Assembly: GCF_030144855.1 (NCBI RefSeq)
Contig: NC_082716.1
Coordinates: forward strand, 67,952,001-68,016,000
Source: Hypanus sabinus
Taxonomy: Eukaryota
DNA length: 64,000 bases
Direction: 5' to 3'
Numbering within the stretch: position 1 is the first letter of the stretch; every line of letters starts with the position of its first letter. Below, one piece after another: positions 12,201 to 22,628 of the stretch. The notes under the pieces are model-generated. The model was not told where the DNA came from. It did not search any database and saw only the letters and a program-made list of their open reading frames with translations. The translations under genes and the position numbers were made by a program.

Positions 12201-13280
12201 GATATATTAGCATGGATAGAGGATTGGTTAAATAATAGAAAGCATATAGGTGTTACTCTGGTTGGCAATCAGTGGTGAATGGTGTGCCACAGGGATCAGT
12301 GCTGGGCCTGCAACTGTTCATGATATACATTAACAATCTGGAAGAAGGGCTCAGTATAGTGTATCCAAGTTTGCTGATGATACTAAATTGAGTGGAAAAA
12401 CAAATTGTTCAGAAGATAAGGAGAGCTCCAGAGGGATATAGATAGGTTAAGTGAGTGGGCAAGGGTCTGGCAGATGGAAGACAATGTTGGCAAATATGAG
12501 GTCATCCACATTGTTGAAGAAAAAAATGGAAGAGCAGATTATTATTTAAATGGTAAAAAATTGCAGCATGCTGCTGTGCAGAGGATCTTGGGTGTGCTTG
12601 TGCATGAATCATAAAAGGTTGGTTTGCAGATGCAGCAGGCTATCAAGAAGGCAAATGGAATGTTGGTCTTCATTACTAGAGGGATTGAATTTAAGAGCAG
12701 GGAGATTAAGCTGCAACTATACAGGGTACTGGTGAGGCCACATCTGGAGAACTGCGTGCAGCTCTGGAAGGATATACTGGCTTTGGAGGCAGTGCAGAAA
12801 AGGTTCACCAGGTTGATTCCGGAGATGAGGGGTTAGGCTATGAGGAGAGATTGAGTTGCCTGGGACTGTACTCGCTGGAATTCAGAAGAATGAGAGATCT
12901 TATAGAAACATAAAATAATGAAAGGGATAGCTAAGCTAAAGGCAGGAAAGTTATTTCCACTGGTAGGTGAAACTAGAACTAGGCAACATAGTCTCAAGAT
13001 TTGGGGAGTAGATTTAGGACGGAGATGAGGAGAAACTGCTTTTCTCAGAGAGTGGTGAATCTGTGGAATTCTCTGTCCAATGAAGCAGCAGAGGCTACCT
13101 CAGTAAATATATTTAAGGCAAGATTGGATAGATTTTTGCATAGTACAGGAAGAAAGCGTTATGGGGAAAAGGCAGGTAGGTGGAGATGAGTCCATGGCCA
13201 GATCAACCATGATCTTATTGAATGGTGGAGCAGGCTCAACAGGCCAGATGGCCTACTCCTCTCCTACTTATTATGTTCTT
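8998..13280 (+). mobile_element. Near full-length degenerate CR1 LINE (ORF1 zinc finger and SGNH esterase; ORF2 APE and RT; 3' UTR)
   Basis: ORF1 pieces MWELVDP...KVDDLESELQTLRHI, (G)DSIVRSIDR, VVVHVRTNDIG; ORF2 pieces AITETWL, KSPGTDGMHPRALKE, YRVLVRPHLE, QRVVNLWNSL; many stops and frameshifts. Confidence 0.92.
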
Positions 13281-13284
13281 AAGT

Positions 13285-13850
13285 GATTTTTCAAAGTACA
13301 TTTAATATCTGAGTGTATGTATCCAGTACACAACCTGAAATTCATCCTCTTCACAGACAGCCATGAAAACAAAGTAACCCCATAGAGCAATAGAAATATT
13401 GAAACCCTAAAGACCCTCCTTCCCTCACATAAGAAGCAGCAGAGAAAAAGCATCCCTCCCCACCCACACCAGCAGAAGCACCGCCATTCTCCTGCCCCCC
13501 CCCCCACTAACATATGCAAGCAACAGCAGAAGGACCAAGACTCCATCAAACTACACTCCACAAACCAGCACTTTGGTATCTCACACAGACTTTCTCTCCA
13601 GCATGGGTCATTCTTGCAACAACGAGAGCAGAGACCGGCAACTCACTGTTCCGCTGTTACAATCTTCTGCATTGACTCGCCTCTCCAAGCCTCATCTCGA
13701 GAACTGACAGGTCTTATCAATATATCACATATCCGTAGTCATTACATTGAACCAACCTAACAACAGGAGTCACATTCCACTCACAGTAGTAGAGGCAGAA
13801 CATCCTCTATAGTGGAGATGGACGCACTTTGATTCAATGTATTGCAGTCT
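13285..13850 (-). mobile_element. Non-coding retroposed repeat with a Rex1-like 3' tail
   Basis: Minus-strand end ...CAGATATTAAATGTACTTTGAAAAA matches the tail at about 63730. Confidence 0.45.
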
Positions 13851-14889
13851 TGGTCTCACTTAAAAAACTACTAAATCACAACCTTTTTCTTTTTTCTAAG
13901 AATGTAAGAAATACAAGTTGACCCCATGTCTCTTGGCTCCATTATCAATGAGATTTAATGGTGGCCTGAAAAGCACTTTACTGACCATCCCCCATGAACA
14001 TTGCACTCTTGTATAGTACAAAATGCACCTAACTCAATCTTGAATATATTCAAAGAATCAACCTCCACAAAACTAGCTAAAGTGGAAATTACAAAGATTG
14101 AGAAAACAGCTAAAAGTTCCTTCTGATCTCCATCCTAAGCACCCTGACCCCTAATTTTGTATTATTCAGTCTGGTGATCTTGGAAAGAAGCTTCAGTATT
14201 GAAATTAAAATGATGTAACAAGCCTAAATAAACATACCGTGCTTGAAACTATCCTCAAATGTTTCCATTCTATTATATTTCAAATTTAAAGAACAAATTA
14301 CATTCTGGAATCACTACTTCTATTATTTTTTTCTTTTTACTCTTTATTATTAGTAGTTCCCCATCTTCAGTGGTGTTTGACCTAGATGTGATAGTAACTT
14401 GTTTTAAGTGATGACAGTTTTAAAGCCAGTCATTTCTGTCTATTTGTTAATGACCAGTTTCTTCAAGATGTCAATTTCCACAGAAATTGTGGAGCCAGTA
14501 TAGTTTATTTTTAGCTGTAGCTCCAAAGTGCCTGTTATTTTCTCTACAAATATTAAATTTAATAATAGAAAATGCAAATCTCAACTCAAAACAAAACGTC
14601 TCATCACATTGATGGTAAGTGCTTTGACTGAAACAATAGATTAACACTGCTGTGATTTTAGGTCAATTGTAGACCATCAAAACTCAAAGAATGTCATGAG
14701 AAAGAGCTCTTAAGAAGGTTATGCAGTTTATTATAACAAGCAGAATCAGAAAATCAGTAGTACATGCATACTCACAGGTTTTCAGCTACTCACTTTTAAA
14801 AACAAGCAATCAGAATTCTAGAACAATCTTTTTTGGATTGAAAACATTATAAATAAAATTTACTGGAACTTGAGTCAAAATCAGTTTTA

Positions 14890-15500
14890 ATACCACTGGT
14901 ATATGCCGTGAAATTTGAAATTTATTGACTTAGCAGCAGCAGTACAATGCAATACATGATAATATAGAAAAAATGTGTGTGTATATAAGTTAAATTAAAA
15001 ATTATGCAAAAACAAGTAATATAACAAAGTGAGATAGTGTTAATGGGTTCAATGTCTATTTAGGAATCGCTCAGTGTGTGCCTTCAGGCTTCTGTATCTC
15101 CTTCCTGACGGTAACAGTAAGAGGGCGTGTCCTGGGTGATGAGGGTCCTTAATAATGGACAAGGCCTTTCTGAGGCACCGCTCCTTGGAAGATGTCTTGG
15201 ATATTACGGGGGCTAGTACCCAGGATGGAGCTGACTGATTTCACAACTTTATGTAGCTTCTTTCAATCCTGTGCAGTAGCAGCACCCCTGCACCCACCCA
15301 CCCACCCCCCCCAGTACCAGACAGTGATGCAGCCTGTCAGAATGCTCTCCAGGGTACATCTGTAGAAGTTTGAATGTTCTAAATGGCAAACCAAATCTCA
15401 AACTCTTAATGATATATAGCCACTGTCTTGCCTTTTCTATAGACGTATCGATATGTTGGCACCAGGCTAGATCCTCAGATCTTGACATCCCAAGAACTTG
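14890..15500 (-). mobile_element. Rex1/Babar-type LINE 3' fragment
   Basis: ORF 15249-15488 resembles the Rex1 RT C terminus (DLAWCQHID...KARQWLYIIKSLR.FG); homologous to 61300-61900. Confidence 0.7.
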
Positions 15501-15584
15501 AAATTACTGTACTCACTCTCTCCACTTCTGATCTCTATATGAGGATTGGTTCATGTTCCCTAGTCCTTCCCCTTCACATCAGTA

Positions 15585-16295
15585 GAACAGAGTGATTTAG
15601 GAATAATAGTGCATAGTTCCCTGAAGGTGGAATCTCATGTGAATAGGGTGGTGAAGAAAGCTTTTGGTATGTTGGTCTTTATAAATCAGAGCATTGAGTA
15701 TAGGAGTTGGGATGTAATGTTAAAATCGTACAAGACATTGGTAAGGCCAAATTTGGAGTATTGTGTACAGTTCTGGTCACTGAATTATAGGAAAGATGTC
15801 AACAAAATAGAGAGAGTACAGAGAAGGTTTACTAGAATATTACCTAGGTTTAAGCACCTAAGTTACAGGGAAAGGTTGTGCAAATTAGGTCTTTATTTTT
15901 TGGAGCGTAGAAGGTTGAGGGGGGACTTGATAGAGGTATTTAAAATTGTGAGGGGGATAGATCGAGTTGACGTGGATAGGCTTTTTCCATTGAGAGTAGG
16001 GGAGATTCAAACAAGAGGACATGATTTGAGAGTTAGGGGGCAAAAGTTTAAGGGTAGCACGAGGGGGAATTTCTTTACTCAGAGAGTGGTAGCTGTGTGG
16101 AATGAGCTTCCAGTAGAAGTGGTAGAGGCAGGTTTGGTATTGTCATTTAAAGTAAAATTGGATAGGTATACGGATAAGAAAGGAATGGAGGGTTATGGGC
16201 TGAGTGCGGGTCAGTGGGACTAGGTGAGAGTAAGCATTCGGCACAGACTAGAAGGGCCGAGATGGCCTGTTTCTGTGCTGTAATTGTTATATGGT
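15585..16295 (+). mobile_element. CR1 LINE 3' fragment (RT C terminus and 3' UTR)
   Basis: ORF 15609-16223: YKTLVRPNLEYCVQFWS...RLRGDLIEVFKI...FFTQRVVAVWNELP. Confidence 0.93.
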
Positions 16296-16309
16296 TTGCT
16301 GTGTACAGT

Positions 16310-17960
16310 GCTCCTGTATATCGGTGAGACTTGACGTAGATTGGGAGACCACTTTGCCAAGCATCTATGCTCTGACCACCAGAACAAGCAGGATCTCCCA
16401 GTGGCCACCCATTTTAATTCCATTTCCCATTCCAATAGGTCCATCCACATTCTCTTCCACTATCTGTCATAGGATGGGCATTGGGAACGGACCCAGCTGC
16501 AAAACACAGTCACTGAAGTACTAAGGAGAGGACTAGGTGTGACGAAAGCAAGGGAAGTGGGGAGGAAACGATGCTGGACAAGACACAGGCCCTGGACAAG
16601 ACTAGGAGACGGCATGGGCTAGGACTAGAGTAGGAAAGTGGGACCTGGACGAGGAACTAGGAACCTGGACAAAGACTCCGAGCCAGAGACTGGACGGGGA
16701 CCCGGAACCTGGGTCTTGACTTGGGCTTGGACTCCTGATCCAGGCGAGGACTGGATGTAGGGGCAGGACACGGGATTCCAGGGCTGGACGAGGACATGAA
16801 GCTCAAACTTGGTCTTGATCGAGGGAGAGCAGGAACGCAGAGCCTAGGTCGAGGGAGAGTAAAGCAGAAGCAGGGAGAGGCGTAGCTGGACACAGACACT
16901 AGCCCTGGACAAGACCAGGACTCAGGGCCTAGACTATGACTTGGACTGGAGCACAGGAACACAGTGCACACAGCACAGGGACTCCTCCTTGGGAACAGGA
17001 CATAGGGCCGGGACTCATACACGGACACTAAGCACAGGGACACAAAGAGACAGTTACAAGCTCAACAATAGATAGTTCCTTCTGTTGGCGAGGCAAGGCT
17101 CTGGTCTCACTCCAGCAGCTGAACTTGACAGCAATATAGGCAAGGACACAGGCAAGGTTGCTAGCAGGGCTTCTGGCATGGGTAGCCAACAGGGCTTCAG
17201 CTCAGGCTACAGAGGGAAGGAAGGGAACAGTCCAGCCTCAGGGTAACAGCCTGACTTACCCAACAGAGGCAAGGACAGGAAGGGACAGATCCCACCATAG
17301 GGTAACAGCAAGGACAGCCTGACCTTACCCCTACAGACAGGATACCAACAAGACAAACCAGCAACCACACTCGAACCCAGGGCCACTTATATTCCAGCTC
17401 CAATATGAGAAACAGGTGCCTGTGATTAAGCCCAACTGAAACAATGGACAGCCAGAAAACCCGGAGTCTGGGGTCCATGGACCGGACCGTGATCTGGAAC
17501 GCGGGTTTCATGGACTGGACCATGGCACTATCATGAGAAGGTCACACCTAGGTCTTCAACCTGATGGCATGAACATCGATATCTCAAACTTCAGTAATGC
17601 CCCCCCCCACTTAACCATTTCCTATCCCTTTTCCCTCTGTCATGTTATCTTCTTGCCTGCCCATCAACTCCCTCTGGTTCTCCTCTCCCCCATCCCACCC
17701 CTCCCTTTTTTTTTCTTTTTTCCATGGTCTTCTGTCTCTTTCACCAATCAACTTCCTAGCTATTTGCTTCATCCCTCCCCCTGCAAGTTTCACCAATTGC
17801 CTCAGGTTTCTCTCTCCCCTCCCACCACCTTTCAAATCTGCTCCTCAGGTTTTTTTTCTCCAGTCCTGCCAAAGGGTTTCGGCCTGAAAAGTCGACTGTA
17901 CTTTTTTTCCATAGACGCTGCCTGGCTTGCTAAGTTCCTCCAGCATTTTCTTTGTGTGTG
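16310..17960 (+). mobile_element. Penelope-like element 3' part (GIY-YIG region and tail), interrupted by a solo LTR
   Basis: YIGET..RLGDHFAKHL motif at about 16317; resumes after 17527 (CAACCTGATGGCATGAACATCGAT); ends in the common Penelope tail at 17870-17960. Confidence 0.8.
16465..17527 (-). mobile_element. Solo LTR (about 1.06 kb) with a 5-bp TSD
   Basis: Ends TGTCAT...ATGGCA; TSD CTATC at 16460-16464 and 17528-17532; inverted homolog of 30748-31734. Confidence 0.9.
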
Positions 17961-18639
17961 TTGCTTGTTTGCTCACAGTTGCTTGGGAGGCATTGTCGGG
18001 TACAATGGAAGGGCAGCAGTGCCACCCAGCTGTTTGAGCTGCCTTGATAGAATCAGTTCTCCCATTATCCTCAGGAAAATAAGGAGCCGGTTTGTTGTCA
18101 TCATTTGTATGGACAAAGATAGATTCACCCATGCTTGCTATGTTGCTTGTCAAACCTTCGTTGTGAGGTCAAGGCAGGAGAGACAGGATGCTGGCAGAAA
18201 CTCTCCTTGACATGGAAGCAGCTAGGACAGGAAATTATGAGACTGGGGCTCTTGTTTACTAGAATGCTAGTTCTGAAGTTGCTCACAGGTTTGTGTGCAC
18301 TCCCTAGGCAGACATCTCTATGACCCGCCCCAGTGCTGACTTCTGTGCAACAGTAGCATTTGGAGGCCCCTTACATTGCTAGAGTACTTTGTGTACCTGT
18401 ATGTTGCTTTTTAGCAGGGGCAGGATCTCAGGCTTTGGGTCAATTGATGGTATCTTGCTGTCTAGGGACTAGAGGTGAGTCGCTGCTTCTGGAGTGGGAT
18501 GGAACTTCCTTTTATCTGGAAATTCATCACACTCAGTGAGTGTGGGGAGAGCTAAATGAGTCTTTTCATCAACAGATCGGACAATGAAGTTTCTTGCTCT
18601 TTGCCCAACCGTCTGTGACACACTTGCACATGTCTAAAC

Positions 18640-18800
18640 ACAAAATCATTCAATTCAAACTTGGACAGGTACATGGATGAGAGGGGTATGGAAGGATATG
18701 GTCCAGGTGCAGGTCAGTGGGACTAGGCAGAAAAATGGTTCAGCATAGTCAAGAAGGGCCGAAGGGCTTGTTTCTGTGCTGTAATGTTCTATGGTTCTTA
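18640..18800 (+). mobile_element. CR1 3'-terminal fragment inserted in the BEL element
   Basis: CR1 3' UTR GGGCCGAAGGGCTTGTTTCTGTGCTGTAATGTTCTATG. Confidence 0.8.
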
Positions 18801-19509
18801 AAGTGTATAAGGCGAGGTGCCGTTGGTTATGTTGAAGACATGGAGAAACATGATGAGACTTCTGCTCTGATTATCGAAGATGACATACATCCTCATCCTC
18901 TTCTCACGGTGGCCTTCCGTGTAAACACTGACCAATTAGATCTTTAAGCATGACTTATTGGCAGAGTTTTCCCCACAGACCTCAGTACAGGATGAGGTGG
19001 CAACTGAAGATGAAGGCGATTCATCTCCCTCGCTGCCATGCTGCAAGGAGGTACTTGGGTTGCTCTTCAGAGACCAGGGTAGTGGTCCACCATGAAGAGC
19101 TGCAATGTGTTTGTTGCTGTCGTATTTTCATCACTAGATGACAGTATTACAGCCCCTCGCCTGATGATCAGTTGAAGAACAGTAGCAGAAACACATGGAG
19201 TGTTTTTTAAGGAAGGCCCTTCGCTCCTCTAGAAGTTTCTCTTGGAAGCCTCTACGCTTCCAGAGAGGGTGTAGATTCTGATGTAGAGAGGACTGTTTGT
19301 TAGGATCATCCTTTTGGGCAGCACTGGCAGCCTCAGTTTTGTGCACCATGACAGGCTCTCTTATTTAAACTGTACTGAGCTAGAGATGATCATGATGAAG
19401 CTGGAGTTGTTCCTCATTTTGGCTTCATCCCGGAAGAAACTAGAGAAGAAGGGTGGGAAGCTGACTCCCTTTTCCAGTTTGTATCTAGTGCCCTCTGATG
19501 TCCATTTCT

Positions 19510-19670
19510 CTTGTAGACTAAAGGGGAGGGACATGATAGGTACATAGCTGAGAGTTGTATGGAGGGATATGGGCCAGATGCAGGTCAGTGGGACTAGGCA
19601 GATAAATGGTTCGGCACAGTCAAGAAGGGCCAAAAGACCTGTTTCTGTGCTGTAATGTTCAATGGTACTA
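19510..19670 (+). mobile_element. Second CR1 3'-terminal fragment inserted in the BEL element
   Basis: Same 3' UTR subfamily as 18640-18800. Confidence 0.8.
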
Positions 19671-21357
19671 TGGGAGTTTCTCCAAGATTAGGACCAATTC
19701 CTCATGCTGTTTTGAGGTAAAGCTAGCCAAGTAAGTAGCCTTCAGCTTTGGTCTCCTAGCTCTTGCAGATTGGGGCTTCCTGCTAGAAATCTTGGGGAAG
19801 GACTCAAGCTTGTTGAAGAGAGCAGTCTCCATTGCCTCCATGAATCCATAGCACTCTTCCAGTCTTTACCAGACTAAACTGAGAGCAGCACTGGGTGTTC
19901 AATGCGATCTGACTTTAATCTACTTGCTTGCTCAGCAGACTTGGGTCTAAGCCACTTCACCAGCAGGTCGAGTTGTTCACTGGGATTAAGGTTAAGGTCT
20001 TCAGGGCATTGGAGGATGTGGACTTCCAAGCCCAGTAATTTGCTGGCTTATCATCGAAGGTTGAGAGTCCAGCCGTCAGTAGGTCATGACAGACTAGGAA
20101 TCTCACAAGATCTGACCTATAGTGATTAGGATGGGGTTTATTAGGGGTCTGGTGCACCTTACCAGGAGGGTGAGCAGTGTTACCACCCATGTTGTACCAC
20201 AGTATGTTGGACTGTTGGAGTCTTCTGCTACATGGCATCTTGCCATCATATCTGTGGGCAAGTGAGTGGCCAGTTATTAGGTGTTTTGAGATATCTGCCT
20301 GTTTGGTACAAGTACAAGCATGTGAGGGATGCAGTCTCCATTCTGTACCATTTGCATAAAAGGTGTTGAGTTGCGAGGTGTTATCCTGTGAAAGAGGAAC
20401 GCTTCCTTTCAGCCCTGATTGATTGGCCTAAGTCTTCAGTGTCTGCTGGTGGGTGGGTATGACCATAAGCAGACTGGTCTTGATCATACCTCATAGTCCT
20501 CTCAGTGCAATGACAAGGTGAGTTTGATCTAACATCGTCATTGTCAGCTAGCCGCTCTATGCCCACCTCAGTGACTTTGGCTTCTGCTGAAGCCGCCTGT
20601 GCCTCCTTTTTCTGCTGCAGTGTTTCTAATGTGGCTTCCAGTCAGGTTTTCTCTCTATTTAATCCTGCCAGTCTCACTTTAATGACAAGTTCTCTTCGTG
20701 CAATCAACGCCTCAGCTAGCTATGTTTCGGCCCTAACCCGGGCTTCTAGCACTGCCATGCTTGTCGCTGATCCACTAGCCTGTCTCAATAATCTAGTTGA
20801 ATTTATCGAACAGACTGACCTGGTTTTAAGGCTTCTCTGCTACTGATGTTGACCTGTTTAAGGCTTTTCTCATTTGCCGACATTTCAACTTTCAGTCGTG
20901 CAGGAGCTCGCAGAATCAATATCTATCCACTGCGGATGGAATCGCCGTTAAATGTCATTTTACAATTCTGCCCTCGCTTAAGGGTCTTACCCATTTTCTC
21001 AAGCTAGACAGAGAGATACCATAACTCCATTCCTGGTGTAGTTGTAGTTGAAGGCGGTTTTATTATTCACCAACGCATTACAGTACAAACTCTCTCAACT
21101 TGCTACAAATTGCTTTAACAACAGTGGAGAATTTACAAATAGTGAGATCTAGTAACTGGAGGTAAACAAACCACATCAGGGAAGACTCAACACGGACATT
21201 TTGTTTCAACTCAATGGAACCATCAGTAAAAACCCTGGCTTCCTCCTTGAAAACATTTTCAAACATTGACAGCAATGAAGGTGATGATATTGCATTCTAA
21301 TTGTGAAAAAAAATGTTACTTAATTTGAATTATGTATTAATTCAAAACAGTTTGGAT

Positions 21358-21369
21358 TTTATTTTTATT
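21358..21369 (-). terminator. Candidate distal poly(A) signal of the VCAM1-like gene (tandem AATAAA)
   Basis: Minus strand AATAAAAATAAA followed by a T-rich stretch, about 1.1 kb past the stop codon. Confidence 0.4.
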
Positions 21370-22464
21370 AAGTTGCTTAGTATACATTATTGCCTGCTTT
21401 AACATTTGTGCATAAAAATGATCAAATCAGCCTGTGTTGAGTGTAAAGTAAATTGCGTTTGATTTGGAGACACTAGACTGCAGATGCTGGAATCTGGAGC
21501 AGCAATGCTTAGGCAGCATCTATGTGGTGGGGGGAATGGAACTGTGAACACTTCTGGTCAAAATCCTGCATCAGGACTCGGTCTGCATCTTACTTGTTGG
21601 TTTAGTTTAAAAGTACATTTTCACTTGGTTAACACTTCCAGTTCCAGTTCCAGCTTCAGAAAACTCTGTCAAGCAGCTAACGGTGCCCCGAGTCCTGTTT
21701 CTAACCCAGCACACAGTTCCTAGATTTCATCCACAATTGACAGTGTCCCTCGTTCAAAGTGTTATGAATAATAGCAGAAGTTCACAGGTATTGAGAGGAA
21801 GCAGTATCAGTTTAAAAAAATACAGATAATCAACAAAGTTGCTCTTCATGAGTTCAAATAATTGGTGATACATAAGCTGCAGAACAGTCAGTGTTTTGCT
21901 CCCAAATCACACAAGGAAATCCTAAGCAACACACACAAAATGCTGGAGGATCTCAGCTAGTGAGATAGCATCCATGGAAGGAAATGAACAATCCCAATGA
22001 AGGATCTCAGCCCGAAACATCGACTGTTCATTTCCCTCCATAGATGATGGCTGAGTACCTCTGACATCTGAAAATTAGGCTTGTTTCACAGGTGAGTGCC
22101 AACAGTTTGAAATATGCCTGGGAGCCATGGGTGAGCAATATTAAAGACCATTTCACTTGAGCAGGAAACAATTTAAAGTGAACTGTTTCTGCTACATTTC
22201 CTCCAACATGAGTACTCCAGCTAATACTCCCTTCAAGACAGTCAGTAAATTTTGAGGATTATTTACAATAAAGTGCCTAAAGTTCAAATGTGCTCCTCTT
22301 TCTCTTCCCTGGATACCAGCTGTTGGTGATGTCTTTAAAACATGTTTATAATGCAACAAATATCATCTTCTGGTCTCCAAACGTACTGGCCCTGACAGCA
22401 CAGCAAAAGAGATTAGATTGTGCTAGAAGTGGAAGTTCTCTTCTTTCAGTCCTTTATTTTAATG

Positions 22465-22628
22465 TCACAATATGTCATTTGACATTTGGTATGAATTCTT
22501 TAAGTTGGTTCTGCGATAGATGTAATATAGACCAGAAAGCACCAGTCCAACCGATCCCATTGCCGCCCCTGTGTAAGCTGATGCTATGACTCCCACAGGA
22601 CTCTCAACTTTGGCTACTACGTCTTGTG
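22465..22628 (-). CDS. vcam1: VCAM1-like exon 8: transmembrane segment and short cytoplasmic tail
   Basis: Acceptor ctctttgcag; AQDVVAKVESPVGVIASAYTGAAMGSVGLVLSGLYYIYRRTNLKNSYQMSNDIL then TGA. Confidence 0.9.

Larger units (their letters stand above)
17990..21271 (-). mobile_element. Degenerate BEL/Pao LTR retrotransposon 5' part (probable LTR 21037-21271, gag, protease)
   Basis: Gag motif DLLTAGLSTFDDKPANYWAWKS; BEL-type zinc-knuckle region (LHQNLHPL...EERRAFLKKHSMCF..CSSTDHQARGC); post-protease VHTNDDNKPAP; TG...CA segment with AATAAA near its end. Confidence 0.75.

Noticed and set aside
17533-18210. 225-aa ORF as a host gene
   Set aside because: It runs across a Penelope tail and the antisense strand of the BEL relic; low-complexity and spurious.
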